DNA of 64,000 nt from Candidatus Omnitrophota bacterium (GCA_023818695.1 JAMWCF010000001.1:339306-403305), one strand, 5' to 3'. Positions 20,705 through 30,787 are shown, counted from the stretch's first letter. A program made the numbers and translations. Notes: generated from the letters alone by a model not told the origin.

Positions 20705-21399
20705 GCTGGTGGTACCCGCCGATTCTGGCTTACCACCGGGTCGATCCCTCCGCCGGAGGGGACACGCCGACGGTCTCCCCTTCCGTCTTCGAAAAGCAGA
20801 TGTCGATCATCTCCCGGTACTGGAACCCGATCTCTCTCGAGGAATGGGTCCACAACAGGCAGAAAGGCCTTCCTTTCCAGAAAGGTCGGGTGGCGGTCAC
20901 GTTTGACGACGGCTCTGGTGATCTTTACCTTTACGCCTATCCGGTCCTCCGGAAACACAAGATCCCGGCGACCGTCTTCCTGATCGTCTCAAACATCGGC
21001 AAACCGGGCTGGCTTCAGCCGGACCAGATCCGGCAAATGGCCGCCGGCGGCATCTCCTTCGGAAGTCACACGATCCATCACGCCTACCTGCCGTCCCTTC
21101 CCAGGGAAAAGATACGGGAGGAGCTCTCCGGCTCCAAAAAGGAACTGGAATCGATGGGGATCCAGGCCCGTTTCTTGAGCTATCCGGGCGGCGGCTTCAA
21201 TCCGGAAATCCAATGCATGGCGGCCGGGGCCGGCTATGAAGCGGCCTGCACCACCAACCGGGGTCTTCGCCGCCAGCCGGTCGACCTCTGGGCCATCCGT
21301 CGGATCGCCATCCATGAAAACAGCCGGACGCCATTCGACTTCTGGATCCGCTGCCGCGGCTACTACGGGTTGAACCGGCGGCTGCGCTCTCCCTCCTGA
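20701..21399 (+). CDS. Polysaccharide deacetylase (CE4 / NodB homology domain), cytoplasmic
   Basis: ILAYHRV, TFDDG, metal-binding SHTIHH, YPGGGF; no signal peptide; ATGA overlap with the methyltransferase. Confidence 0.85.
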   Translation: MSWWYPPILAYHRVDPSAGGDTPTVSPSVFEKQMSIISRYWNPISLEEWVHNRQKGLPFQKGRVAVTFDDGSGDLYLYAYPVLRKHKIPATVFLIVSNIGKPGWLQPDQIRQMAAGGISFGSHTIHHAYLPSLPREKIREELSGSKKELESMGIQARFLSYPGGGFNPEIQCMAAGAGYEAACTTNRGLRRQPVDLWAIRRIAIHENSRTPFDFWIRCRGYYGLNRRLRSPS

Positions 21400-21401
21400 A
21401 A

Positions 21402-22367
21402 ATGGACGCCATCCTGCGCCTACGGAACGTCAAGACCCAGATCGCAGACAGAATTCCTCCTGTCCGGGCGGTGGACGGGGTAGACCTGGAGATCGCCCCG
21501 GGACAGATGCTGGCTCTCATCGGAGAATCCGGCTGCGGCAAGACGATACTGGCCCTCTCGATCGGCCGGCTCCTGCCGCCATCGGCCCGGGTGACCGCGG
21601 GGGAAATCCTTTTTGAGGGAGATGACCTCTTGGAGCTGGAGGAGGACCAGCTGCGGAGAATCCGCGGGAAGAAGATCTCCTACATCTTTCAGGACCCGAT
21701 GAGCTCCCTGAACCCCGTCATGTCGATCGGGGAACAGCTGGAGGAAGCGATCCGACTTCACCAGCCGGAGCTGGACAAAACAGCCCGGAGGCGAACGGCC
21801 CTTGCCCTGCTCGAACAGGTCCGGATCAACGTCCCGGAAAGCCGGCTACGGCAGTACCCCCACCAGCTCTCCGGCGGCATGCGGCAAAGGATCATGATCG
21901 CCATGGCGCTGGCGGGGAAACCGGCTCTGCTGATCGCGGACGAACCGACCACCGCTCTGGACGTGACGACGCAGGCGGAAATCATGCGGATCCTCAAAGA
22001 ACTCCAGAGGACCCGCCGGATGGCAGTCCTGCTGATCACGCACGACCTGGCCGGTGTTGCGCCGATCGCTGACCGGATCGCGGTGATGTACGCGGGACGG
22101 ATCGTGGAAACGGCGCCAGCGGCGCAGCTGTATCAGAACCCGTCCCATCCCTACACGCAGGCCCTGCTGGGGTGCGTGCCGCGGGTCGGCGGAGGGAAAC
22201 AACTCCTGAAACCGATCCCGGGGACGGTTCCGGATTTAAGACAGATCCCGCCCGGCTGTCCTTTCCATCCCCGATGCCCGGAATCGATCACCCGCTGCTC
22301 TCAAGAGGAACCGGTCCTGAAACCGGATGACGGACGGCGGGTCAGCTGCTGGGTCCGTGCTCCATGA
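21402..22367 (+). CDS. ABC transporter ATP-binding protein (DppD/OppD-like)
   Basis: Walker A GESGCGKT, signature LSGGMRQR, Walker B LLIADEPT, C-terminal oligopeptide-type extension with CPFHPRC. Confidence 0.93.
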   Translation: MDAILRLRNVKTQIADRIPPVRAVDGVDLEIAPGQMLALIGESGCGKTILALSIGRLLPPSARVTAGEILFEGDDLLELEEDQLRRIRGKKISYIFQDPMSSLNPVMSIGEQLEEAIRLHQPELDKTARRRTALALLEQVRINVPESRLRQYPHQLSGGMRQRIMIAMALAGKPALLIADEPTTALDVTTQAEIMRILKELQRTRRMAVLLITHDLAGVAPIADRIAVMYAGRIVETAPAAQLYQNPSHPYTQALLGCVPRVGGGKQLLKPIPGTVPDLRQIPPGCPFHPRCPESITRCSQEEPVLKPDDGRRVSCWVRAP

Positions 22368-23155
22368 ACCAGCCGATCCTGCAGACCATCGACCTTTCCA
22401 AGCGGTTCCCCCTGCGACCGCTGCCTTTCTCCCCAGCACGCGGATGGATCCACGCCGTGCAGGAGGTTTCGCTTGAAATCAGGCGCGGGGAATCGGTCGG
22501 GCTGGTCGGTGAATCCGGCTGCGGTAAAAGCACGCTGTCCCGTCTGCTGTGCAAACTCCTGGAGCCGTCCGATGGAAAGATCCTGTTTCGCGGAGAGGAG
22601 ATCTCTCGCCTCCGGTCCGGCTCCCTGAAAGAATTCCGCAGGAGAGTCCAGCTGATCTTCCAAGACCCGATGGCCTCGCTCAACCCCCTGATGCGCATCG
22701 GCCAAATCATCGCGGAGCCGATGCAGATCCACCGTCTGATTGCAAACCGGGAGGTGCGCCAGAGGGTTCACGGCCTGATGGAGGAGGTCGGACTAGACCC
22801 AGCGTTGGAAAACCGGTTTCCACACATGTTGAGCGGCGGCCAAAAACAGAGGGTCGGTATCGCCCGGGCCCTCTCCCTGGAGCCAGAACTGCTGATCTGC
22901 GACGAACCGGTCTCTTCCCTGGACTTGTCGGTCGGGGCCCAAATCCTGCGACTGCTGTCTGACCTGCAAAGGAAAAAGTCTGTCGCCCTCTTCTTCATCT
23001 CCCACAACCTGGCCACCGTCAGCGCGGTCGCCGACAGGGTGCTGGTCATGAAAGAGGGCCGGATCATCGAGGAGGGAGCCAACCCGGATCTCTTCCGGCA
23101 GCCGGCCCATCCATACACGCAACTGCTTGTGAAGCTGGCTTTCCAAACGCTATAA
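22364..23155 (+). CDS. ABC transporter ATP-binding protein (DppF/OppF-like)
   Basis: GESGCGKST, LSGGQKQRV, LLICDEPVSSLD, HPYTQ. Confidence 0.93.
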   Translation: MNQPILQTIDLSKRFPLRPLPFSPARGWIHAVQEVSLEIRRGESVGLVGESGCGKSTLSRLLCKLLEPSDGKILFRGEEISRLRSGSLKEFRRRVQLIFQDPMASLNPLMRIGQIIAEPMQIHRLIANREVRQRVHGLMEEVGLDPALENRFPHMLSGGQKQRVGIARALSLEPELLICDEPVSSLDLSVGAQILRLLSDLQRKKSVALFFISHNLATVSAVADRVLVMKEGRIIEEGANPDLFRQPAHPYTQLLVKLAFQTL

Positions 23156-23164
23156 TGAAACGCT

Positions 23165-24400
23165 ATGCCGACGATGAAGAACGTCATCACTTTTGTCATG
23201 GCCGGGGGCCGGGGGGAGCGCCTGATGCCGCTGACTCGGGACAGGGCGAAACCCGCCGTCCCGTTCGGAGGGATCTACCGGATCATCGATTTCACCCTTT
23301 CCAACTGCATCAATTCCGGAATCCGGAAGATCCACGTCCTGACGCAGTATAAATCGATCTCCCTGGTGCGGCACCTCTGGATGGGATGGAACATTTTCGA
23401 CGCGGAATTGGGCGAATACATCGACATCATCCACCCCCAGCAGCGCCTGGAGGACCATCAGTGGTACCAGGGAACCGCCGATTCGGTGTACCAGAACCTC
23501 TACTCGATCGATATGGAGGGGGCGGACTACACCCTGGTCCTGGCAGGAGACCACATCTACAAGATGGATTACGGCCAGATGTTCGAGTTCCACAAACAGA
23601 TGGAGGCCGACGTAACCATCGGAATCGTCAAGGTCCCGCTGGGGGGAGCCGCTTCCCTCGGCGTGGTGGAACTGGACAGAGACTCTCGAATCACGCGCTT
23701 CCTCGAAAAGCAAAAAGACCCCCCCACGATCCCGGGCGATCCGAACCATTGCTACGCCTCCATGGGGATCTATCTTTTCAGCAGGAAGGTCCTCGAAGAG
23801 GAGCTGGTGGCTGACGCGAAGCGGCCGGAATCGGCCCATGATTTCGGGAAAAACATCCTGCCCAGCTGCGTCCAGCAGGGAAGAAAAGTGGTCGGCTATT
23901 CCCTGGTGGGACCCAGAAGCCAGCAGCAGAGCTATTGGCGGGATGTCGGGACGATCGACGCTTATTTCGACGCGAACATGGACCTGGCGGGGGTGGCGCC
24001 GGTGCTGAACCTGTATGACAAAGAATGGCCGATCCGGACCTTCATGGAACAGCACCCGCCGGCGAAGTTCGTCTTCTCCGGCGAGAAGGAGCCAGGCCGC
24101 ATCGGCACCGCCATTGAATCGCTGGTTTCCCCCGGCTGCATCGTTTCAGGCGGCAAGGTCGTCCACTCCGTCCTTTCTCCAAAAGTGCGGATCAACAGCT
24201 ACGCCGAAGTCCAGGACTCCGTCCTCATGGAAGGGGTGGACGTCGGCAGGCACTGCAAAATCAAGCGGGCGATCATCGATAAAGATGTTAAAATTCCTCC
24301 CTCGACGGTCATTGGCTACCATCCGGACGAGGACAGGAAACGTTTCCACGTCTCGGAATCCGGCATCACCGTCGTGGCGAAAAGAACGGAGCTGACTTAA
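23165..24400 (+). CDS. glgC: Glucose-1-phosphate adenylyltransferase
   Basis: AGGRGERLMPLTRDRAKPAVPFGG, YRIIDF, WYQGTADSV, left-handed beta-helix C-terminus. Confidence 0.93.
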   Translation: MPTMKNVITFVMAGGRGERLMPLTRDRAKPAVPFGGIYRIIDFTLSNCINSGIRKIHVLTQYKSISLVRHLWMGWNIFDAELGEYIDIIHPQQRLEDHQWYQGTADSVYQNLYSIDMEGADYTLVLAGDHIYKMDYGQMFEFHKQMEADVTIGIVKVPLGGAASLGVVELDRDSRITRFLEKQKDPPTIPGDPNHCYASMGIYLFSRKVLEEELVADAKRPESAHDFGKNILPSCVQQGRKVVGYSLVGPRSQQQSYWRDVGTIDAYFDANMDLAGVAPVLNLYDKEWPIRTFMEQHPPAKFVFSGEKEPGRIGTAIESLVSPGCIVSGGKVVHSVLSPKVRINSYAEVQDSVLMEGVDVGRHCKIKRAIIDKDVKIPPSTVIGYHPDEDRKRFHVSESGITVVAKRTELT

Positions 24401-24403
24401 CCG

Positions 24404-25201
24404 ATGCCTTCCCTGACGAAATCGAGCGAAGACCTGCTGAAAATCGGATCGCTGGTTTTCCGCTCGCGGCTGATCGTCGGGACGGGGAAATACCCCTCCC
24501 CGCAGATCATGCGGGAAGCACTGGAGGCCTCCGGCGCCCAGATGGTGACCGTGGCGGTGCGGCGGGTCGACCTGAAAAACCGCGTAGCCGATCCGATCCT
24601 GGGCTCCCTGGACGCTTCCCGCTACACCCTCCTGCCGAACACGGCGGGCTGCCACACGGCGCAAGAGGCAGTGCGGGTCGCCCGGCTGGCTCGGGCCGCC
24701 GGATTCTCCAACCTGATCAAGCTGGAGGTGATTGGCGATCAGAAAACCCTCCTGCCGGACACGGAGGCGCTGCTAGAGGCGACGAAAATCCTGGTCAAAG
24801 AGGGCTTCATCGTCATGCCGTACACCAACGACGATCCGATCGTAGCGAAAAAGCTGGAGGATGCCGGCGCAGCCTGCGTCATGCCGCTGGCGGCTCCCAT
24901 CGGTTCCGGGCAGGGGATCTTGAACCCCATCAACATCCGCTTCATCCTGGAGGCCGTCTCCGTGCCGGTCATCGTCGATGCGGGGGTCGGGACCGCGTCT
25001 GACGCCGCCATCGCGATGGAGCTGGGGGTCAGCGGCGTCCTGATGAACACCGGAATCGCTGAAGCGGGAAACCCGGTGATGATGGCAGAGGCGATGCGGC
25101 TGGCGGTTGAAGCGGGCCGCCTCGCTTTCCTGGCCGGCAGGATACCGAAAAAGAGTTATGCTTCCGCCTCGAGCCCGCAGGCAGGAGTCATCCGGACATA
25201 A
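24404..25201 (+). CDS. thiG: Thiazole synthase
   Basis: [32 protein letters not shown]. Confidence 0.93.
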   Translation: MPSLTKSSEDLLKIGSLVFRSRLIVGTGKYPSPQIMREALEASGAQMVTVAVRRVDLKNRVADPILGSLDASRYTLLPNTAGCHTAQEAVRVARLARAAGFSNLIKLEVIGDQKTLLPDTEALLEATKILVKEGFIVMPYTNDDPIVAKKLEDAGAACVMPLAAPIGSGQGILNPINIRFILEAVSVPVIVDAGVGTASDAAIAMELGVSGVLMNTGIAEAGNPVMMAEAMRLAVEAGRLAFLAGRIPKKSYASASSPQAGVIRT

Positions 25202-25239
25202 GAGTCATTCACGGTCAGACCAGATAAGGACAAAAAACA

Positions 25240-26322
25240 ATGGAACGACATTATAAGATCGCTGTCATACCGGGGGACGGGACCGGCCCGGAGGTGATCC
25301 GGGAAGGAATCAAGGTGCTTCAGGCCGTCGCCCAACGGACCGGCTTCAGCGTGGAGCTGATCCATTACAACATCGGCGGGGAGCGGTACCTGAAAAGCAA
25401 AGAGACCCTCCCGGACTCGGTCTTGAAGGAACTGCGCAACGTTTCAGCCATCTATCTGGGAGCCATTGGGCATCCCGACGTGAAGCCGGGTATCCTGGAG
25501 AAGGAAATCCTTCTGCGGATCCGGTTCGAGCTGGACCAATACATCAACCTGCGGCCGGTCAAACTTTATCCAGGCGTCTGGACCCCCTTGAGGGACAAAA
25601 AGCCGGAAGACATCGACTTCGTGGTGGTCCGAGAAAACACCGAGGGGCTGTACGTCGGTGTGGGCGGAAATTTCAAGAAGGGGACACCGGATGAGGTCGC
25701 TTTCCAGGTGGACGTCAACACCCGCAAAGGGGTGGAGCGCTGCATCCGCTACGCCTTCGAAGTCACCCGGACCCGCGACAACCCGAAGAAAAAATTGACT
25801 CTTTCCGCAAAAACAAACGTGCTGACCTACGCGCATGATCTGTGGATGAGGGCGTTTGAGGAGGTCGGCCGGGAGTATCCCGATGTCAACCGGGATTACG
25901 CCCACGTCGACGCGCTGACCATGTGGATGGTCAAATCGCCCGAGTTTTTCGACGTCATCGTCACCAACAACATGTTCGGCGACATCGTGACCGACCTCGG
26001 AGCGATGATCCAGGGGGGGTTGGGGATCGCCGCGGGGGGCAACATCAATCCTTCCGGTGTCTCCATGTTCGAGCCGATCGGGGGGTCCGCTCCAAAATAC
26101 GCCGGCAAGAACGTGATCAACCCGCTGGCGGCGATCGTGGCCCTCTCCATGATGCTCGAACATCTGAAAGAGCCGGGCGCCGCCACGCTGGTGGAGGAGG
26201 CGGTCAAACAAGTGACGGCCACCAAGCTCAAGTCCCTCGCCGCCGGCAAGATGGGCTACGGCACGACCGAAGTCGGGGACCTTGTCGTGGACGCTCTGAA
26301 CCAAGTCGCTGTGCCGGGATAA
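25240..26322 (+). CDS. Isopropylmalate / tartrate (D-malate) dehydrogenase-family oxidative decarboxylase
   Basis: [55 protein letters not shown]. Substrate cannot be assigned from sequence alone. Confidence 0.8.
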   Translation: MERHYKIAVIPGDGTGPEVIREGIKVLQAVAQRTGFSVELIHYNIGGERYLKSKETLPDSVLKELRNVSAIYLGAIGHPDVKPGILEKEILLRIRFELDQYINLRPVKLYPGVWTPLRDKKPEDIDFVVVRENTEGLYVGVGGNFKKGTPDEVAFQVDVNTRKGVERCIRYAFEVTRTRDNPKKKLTLSAKTNVLTYAHDLWMRAFEEVGREYPDVNRDYAHVDALTMWMVKSPEFFDVIVTNNMFGDIVTDLGAMIQGGLGIAAGGNINPSGVSMFEPIGGSAPKYAGKNVINPLAAIVALSMMLEHLKEPGAATLVEEAVKQVTATKLKSLAAGKMGYGTTEVGDLVVDALNQVAVPG

Positions 26323-26323
26323 G

Positions 26324-27325
26324 ATGATACAGAAACGGTCCCGCTACAACGTCTGCGTTGTGGGAGCCGGCGCCGTGGGGATCGAAATCCTGCGGGTGCT
26401 GAAACAGCGTCGCTTTCCTATCGACAAGCTGACGGTTCTGGCCAGATCCGCCCGGACAGTCGAGGTGGACGGCGAAACGTACCAAGTGCGACCGGTTTCG
26501 CCGGAAGCGTTCAAAGACCAGCATATCGTCCTTTTCGCAGGCACGGAGGGGGAGAAGGGCGCGGCGGTCATCTATGCCAAAGAGGCGATCCGGCAAGGAG
26601 CGGTCTGCATCGATAATGGAGCCGATTTCCGGATGGATCCCGGCGTACCGCTGGTCGTTCCCGAGGTCAACCCCGAAGACGTCAAACGCCATCAGGGCCT
26701 GATCGCCAACCCGAACTGTTCCACCATCCAGATGGTGGCGGCCCTGGCACCCGTCCATAAAAAGTACGGCATCCGCCGGATCATCGTCTCCACATACCAG
26801 GCCGCTTCCGGCGCCGGCAGCAAGGCGGTCAGCGCGCTGGCTGCGGAGATATCCGCGGCGGTCCGGAAAGAAAAGATGCCGCCGCCTGAAGCACTGCCCC
26901 AGCAGATCGCTTTCAACGTCTTCCCCCATATCGGGCCGTTCCAGGAGATGGGGTACACCAGCGAGGAATGGAAAATGGTGAAAGAAACCCGGAAGATCCT
27001 GCATGACGAGAACATCCAAGTCACGGCGACGGCGGTTCGTGTCCCTGTTTCGGACGCCCATTCGGAATCGGTCTACGTGGAAACGAAACAGCCGGCGTCC
27101 ATTGAAGAGATTAAGCAACTCTGGAAAAACAGCCCCGGCATCCTCCTGATCGAGGAGCCGGATTACCCGATGCCGATCCGGGCCGCTCACAGGGACGAGG
27201 TTTTCGTCGGAAGGGTCCGGCCGGACCCTTCTGTTAAAGGGGCTTTCTGCTGTTGGATCGTTTCCGACAATCTCCGCAAAGGGGCCGCTCTCAACGCCGT
27301 TCAGATAGCGGAACTGCTCATCTGA
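26324..27325 (+). CDS. asd: Aspartate-semialdehyde dehydrogenase
   Basis: VVGAGAVG, NPNCSTIQM (active Cys), STYQAASGAG. Confidence 0.93.
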   Translation: MIQKRSRYNVCVVGAGAVGIEILRVLKQRRFPIDKLTVLARSARTVEVDGETYQVRPVSPEAFKDQHIVLFAGTEGEKGAAVIYAKEAIRQGAVCIDNGADFRMDPGVPLVVPEVNPEDVKRHQGLIANPNCSTIQMVAALAPVHKKYGIRRIIVSTYQAASGAGSKAVSALAAEISAAVRKEKMPPPEALPQQIAFNVFPHIGPFQEMGYTSEEWKMVKETRKILHDENIQVTATAVRVPVSDAHSESVYVETKQPASIEEIKQLWKNSPGILLIEEPDYPMPIRAAHRDEVFVGRVRPDPSVKGAFCCWIVSDNLRKGAALNAVQIAELLI

Positions 27326-28056
27326 TCAAACTCAAGCTGACTATCGCGTATGACGGCTCCTCTTTCGCCGGCTGGCAGCGGCAAAAGAACGCCCGAACGG
27401 TGCAGGGGACGCTTGAAGAGGCCTTTCAAAAGATCACCGGCAAGCGGGTCCGGGTCGTGGGGGCCGGACGGACCGACAGCGGCGTTCACGCGCAGGGACA
27501 GGTCGCGCACACGATTTTACACTCCGGGAGAATGCAGCCGAAAGAGCTCCTGCGGGCCCTCAACGCGGTTCTCCCGGAGGATGTAGCGGTCCGGTCCCTC
27601 TCGAGGACCCCCGCCTCCTTCCACGCCATCGCCTCCGCGAAAAAGAAACGCTACCGCTACCTGATCTGGAATAAACCGGTCCGTCCGGTCCGGGACCGCC
27701 AGTACATGCTTCACGTTCCGCATCCCCTTGACATCCGGGCGATGCAAACAACGGCCAAAGCCCTGCGCGGACGTCATAACTTCAAAGCGTTCCACTCCGC
27801 TGGCCGGCCGGTTCGCTCGACCATCCGGCGCCTTTACCGGCTGGATGTGCGGGCCCGCGGGGGCATGGTGGTCATCAACGCCGAGGCGGACGGCTTCCTC
27901 TATCACATGGTCCGCCGGATCGTCGGTTTCCTCCTGGAAACCGGCAGAGGCCGCCGAAAGCCGGCCGACACCGGGAAACTGCTGGACAGAGATGGAAAAC
28001 TGATCGCCCCCACGGCCCCGGCCAAAGGGCTGTGCCTGGTGAAGGTTTCCTATTGA
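27253..28056 (+). CDS. truA: tRNA pseudouridine(38-40) synthase TruA (start uncertain)
   Basis: [17 protein letters not shown] and [11 protein letters not shown] (catalytic Asp). The only canonical-class start is TTG 27253, 73 nt inside asd. Homology suggests the protein begins near 27322 (see findings). Confidence 0.85.
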   Translation: MDRFRQSPQRGRSQRRSDSGTAHLIKLKLTIAYDGSSFAGWQRQKNARTVQGTLEEAFQKITGKRVRVVGAGRTDSGVHAQGQVAHTILHSGRMQPKELLRALNAVLPEDVAVRSLSRTPASFHAIASAKKKRYRYLIWNKPVRPVRDRQYMLHVPHPLDIRAMQTTAKALRGRHNFKAFHSAGRPVRSTIRRLYRLDVRARGGMVVINAEADGFLYHMVRRIVGFLLETGRGRRKPADTGKLLDRDGKLIAPTAPAKGLCLVKVSY

Positions 28057-28087
28057 AGCGAAATCAGCTATACTACCCTCAAATAAG

Positions 28088-29524
28088 ATGAATTTATCGG
28101 ACCCTTCAGTCATCATCGGCACAATCACTGGCTGCATCGCGATCGTTGTGGCGCTGGGGCTTTTCTTCCTCTCCGATCAGAAACTGCATGTCCGCCTGCA
28201 GGACCAAAGGGCGTCGCAGGAACTGTCCGGAGACATCCGGTCCGTGGTGCTGGACAAACTTTCCAACCTTCCGGTCCCTCCCAAAGAGCAGGACAGGATC
28301 GCCACCGCCCTGTCCGATTACCTCCATTCCGAAATAGACCGCCAGAAATCGGTCATCGAGGCGCAGTTCGAAGAGACGCTCGAACAAAAGGACCGTCAGA
28401 TCCAGGAAACCCAGCAGGAAATCGAGCGCCTCGGCCAGGATTACAAAGCGGTCTACGACAAGTACCAGAGGACCCAGACGGAGAAGACCCAGACCGAAAC
28501 AATCGTCCGCAGCATGGCGGAAGGCCTCGTGGTCGTCAACAACAGGGGGGAAATCCTTCTGATGAACCCGGCCGCCGAGAAGATGCTGGATATCAAGGAC
28601 GGCAAAAAACTGGACGCATCGACCCTCTTTTCTTCCCAAGACGATCGGCTGATCTCTCTGGTCAAGGAAGGGGCCGAAGGAAACAAGGAGATCGAGCTCT
28701 CCAGCGGCAGCGACAACACCAAGAGGGTGCTGCGGGCCAGCAACACAGTGATCGAGAACGAAAGCGGCCAGACGATCGGCATGGTGTCGGTCTTGAGCGA
28801 CGTCACGAAGCAGAAGGAGATCGATGAGCTGAAATCGAAGTTCTTGGGGACCGTTTCCCATGAGCTGCGCACCCCCATCGTCACCATCCAGAAGGCGCTT
28901 GCCCTCGTCCACGACCAGTCCACCGGTCCCCTGAACGAAGCGCAGGAGAAATTCATCGACATCGCCCAGAGAAACCTCCAGTCCTTGAGCCGCCTGATCA
29001 ACGACCTGCTGGACATGCAAAAACTGGAATACGGCCAGATGCGGATGGAATACAAGCTCAACCAGATCCAGGACGTAGCCAGGACGGTGATCGAAAACCT
29101 CGGGCCGTGGGCCGACTCCAGGCAGGTCCAGCTGGAGAACAAGATCCCGGAAACCATCCCCTCCATCGAGATGGACGGCCAGCGGATCGGGCAGGTGCTG
29201 ATCAACCTGATCGGCAACGCCATCAAATTCACGCCGGCTGGCGGGTTTATCCGAACGCAGGCGGTCCAGAAAGGGGAGATGGTCGAGGTATCGGTGACCG
29301 ATTCGGGAATCGGCATCGCCAAGGAAGACCTCCATAAGGTTTTCGACCGCTTCCAGCAAGTAGGCGAACGTACCGCTTCCGACATCAGCGGGACAGGACT
29401 GGGACTTGCCATCGCCAAAGAGCTCGTGGAACTCCATGGCGGCAGAATATGGGTGGAGAGCGAACTCGGCAAGGGAGCGACATTTTTCTTCACGCTGCCG
29501 CTGCGCAGGCCTTCTTCATCATAA
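28088..29524 (+). CDS. Sensor histidine kinase (single N-terminal TM, coiled coil, PAS, HisKA, HATPase)
   Basis: H-box SHELRTP, N-box [10 protein letters not shown]-boxes DSGIGI and GTGLGLAI; PAS-like segment [23 protein letters not shown]. Confidence 0.9.
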   Translation: MNLSDPSVIIGTITGCIAIVVALGLFFLSDQKLHVRLQDQRASQELSGDIRSVVLDKLSNLPVPPKEQDRIATALSDYLHSEIDRQKSVIEAQFEETLEQKDRQIQETQQEIERLGQDYKAVYDKYQRTQTEKTQTETIVRSMAEGLVVVNNRGEILLMNPAAEKMLDIKDGKKLDASTLFSSQDDRLISLVKEGAEGNKEIELSSGSDNTKRVLRASNTVIENESGQTIGMVSVLSDVTKQKEIDELKSKFLGTVSHELRTPIVTIQKALALVHDQSTGPLNEAQEKFIDIAQRNLQSLSRLINDLLDMQKLEYGQMRMEYKLNQIQDVARTVIENLGPWADSRQVQLENKIPETIPSIEMDGQRIGQVLINLIGNAIKFTPAGGFIRTQAVQKGEMVEVSVTDSGIGIAKEDLHKVFDRFQQVGERTASDISGTGLGLAIAKELVELHGGRIWVESELGKGATFFFTLPLRRPSSS

Positions 29525-29534
29525 GGAGACAAAC

Positions 29535-29930
29535 GTGGAAAATAAAATCAAAATACTGCTCGTGGACGACTTGAGGGACTTCGTGGAAACGATCTCCTTC
29601 TGGATGAAATCCAAAGGATACTCGGTCTACGTCTGCCGCAGTGGGGAAGAGGCTCTGCGGTCAATCAAGTCGGAGTCCTTCGACATCATCTTCATGGACA
29701 TCCAGATGCCGAACATGAATGGCGTCGAGACCCTTAAAAAGATCAGGGAGATCGACAAGAAGGTCCCGGTCATCCTGGTGACCGCCTACCCGGAAAATCC
29801 TATCGTCAGCGAGGCCAACGAATACGGCATCTCAGGCGTCTTCCCCAAAGAGGGCTCTTTCGAGCGTCTGACCAGCGTCATCGAGGTGGCCCTGCGAAGC
29901 CACCGGGGACTCAAGCCCTCGGACGGATAA
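29535..29930 (+). CDS. Stand-alone response regulator receiver protein (CheY-like)
   Basis: GTG 29535 is 7 nt after the RBS AAGGAG. Motifs LLVDD, DIIFMDIQMP, LVTAY; no output domain. The longer ORF from 29406 overlaps the kinase. Confidence 0.85.
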   Translation: MENKIKILLVDDLRDFVETISFWMKSKGYSVYVCRSGEEALRSIKSESFDIIFMDIQMPNMNGVETLKKIREIDKKVPVILVTAYPENPIVSEANEYGISGVFPKEGSFERLTSVIEVALRSHRGLKPSDG

Positions 29931-29960
29931 AAACAGCTCCCGCAGCAATCGTTTTTCCGC

Positions 29961-29988
29961 TTGACAAAATCCCCGCCTCTGCTAATAT
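29961..29988 (+). promoter_or_regulatory. Sigma70-type promoter upstream of fur
   Basis: TTGACA (29961-29966), 16-nt spacer, TAATAT (29983-29988), in the only 100-nt intergenic gap of this region. Confidence 0.6.
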
Positions 29989-30006
29989 TGAGACTCATTC
30001 TCAATA
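29986..30006. promoter_or_regulatory. Fur-family operator-like palindrome overlapping the -10 element
   Basis: TATTGAGA-CTCAT-TCTCAATA has perfect 8-bp arms. The core TGAGACT-C-ATTCTCA matches the 7-1-7 Fur box TGATAAT-N-ATTATCA at 11 of 14 positions by my count. Confidence 0.6.
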
Positions 30007-30030
30007 GACTGAAAAGGAATCTCAAAATCA

Positions 30031-30552
30031 ATGGCGGCGAAACAGGCGGAAGTTACTCTCTTCCCGAGATACGCCCAAAAACCTGAAAAATACCAGCAGT
30101 GGCTCTCCTCCATCCAGGAGCGGTTCCAGGAGCATCTCGGCCGGCGGGGGCTGAAGCTGACCCATCAGAGGGAAGAGATCCTCCGGTGCCTGATGGCGGC
30201 AGAGAAGCACCTGGGGGTGGAGGAGATGTACACCATCCTGAAAAAACAGGACCCCCTGATCGGGCGGGCCACGATCTTCCGGACCATCAAGCTGCTCCAG
30301 GAATGCGGCCTGGTGGCGGAGGTCGGCGTCTTCCAGAACGGGGGGGCCAAATTCGAGCTGAAGGCGGACCGCCCCCACCATGACCACATGATTTGCGTGG
30401 AGTGCGGGCGGATCATCGAGTTCCAGAGCCCCATGATGGAACGGTTCCAGGACGAGGCGATCAAGCGGCACGGCTTCCTCGCCCTCTGGCACCGGCACGA
30501 GATCTTCGGCCGGTGCGCGGCCTGCAGCAAGAAACGTACCGGCACGCCCTAA
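30031..30552 (+). CDS. fur: Fur-family metalloregulator
   Basis: wHTH region LTHQREEILRCL...TIFRTIKLL, metal site HHDHMICVECG, C-terminal CAAC. Confidence 0.9.
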   Translation: MAAKQAEVTLFPRYAQKPEKYQQWLSSIQERFQEHLGRRGLKLTHQREEILRCLMAAEKHLGVEEMYTILKKQDPLIGRATIFRTIKLLQECGLVAEVGVFQNGGAKFELKADRPHHDHMICVECGRIIEFQSPMMERFQDEAIKRHGFLALWHRHEIFGRCAACSKKRTGTP

Positions 30553-30731
30553 TGGAACAGCCGCCCAGCCCGACAACTAAACTTTTGGACCGTATCCTCT
30601 CCGCGATAAGCTCGATCCGGTACGGCACGGTCCAGATCGTGATCCAGGACGCCAAGGTGATCCAGATCGAAAAGACGGAAAAGATCCGGCTCGACAAAGC
30701 TGACCAGACCCCTGGAGGCTCACTGCAATAA
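30552..30731 (+). CDS. Small DUF2292 (YezD-like) protein
   Basis: 59 aa; IRYGTVQIVIQDAKVIQIEKTEKIRL matches my recollection of the YezD/DUF2292 signature; TAATG 1-nt overlap with fur. Confidence 0.65.
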   Translation: MEQPPSPTTKLLDRILSAISSIRYGTVQIVIQDAKVIQIEKTEKIRLDKADQTPGGSLQ

Positions 30732-30787
30732 CTTCCCGCGCTTGACCAGTCCACTGGAGATATGCGGTTTCCATAAGGAAACTGAAA

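Noticed and set aside
28069-28074. TATACT as the -10 element of a promoter for the histidine kinase gene.
   Set aside because: No convincing -35 element lies at the appropriate spacing, and the 31-nt gap gives too little context.
30742-30764. TTGACC ... GATATG as a separate promoter for the TonB-dependent receptor.
   Set aside because: The -10 candidate is poor and no Fur-box-like palindrome accompanies it. Read-through from the fur promoter is the simpler explanation, though an internal promoter cannot be excluded.
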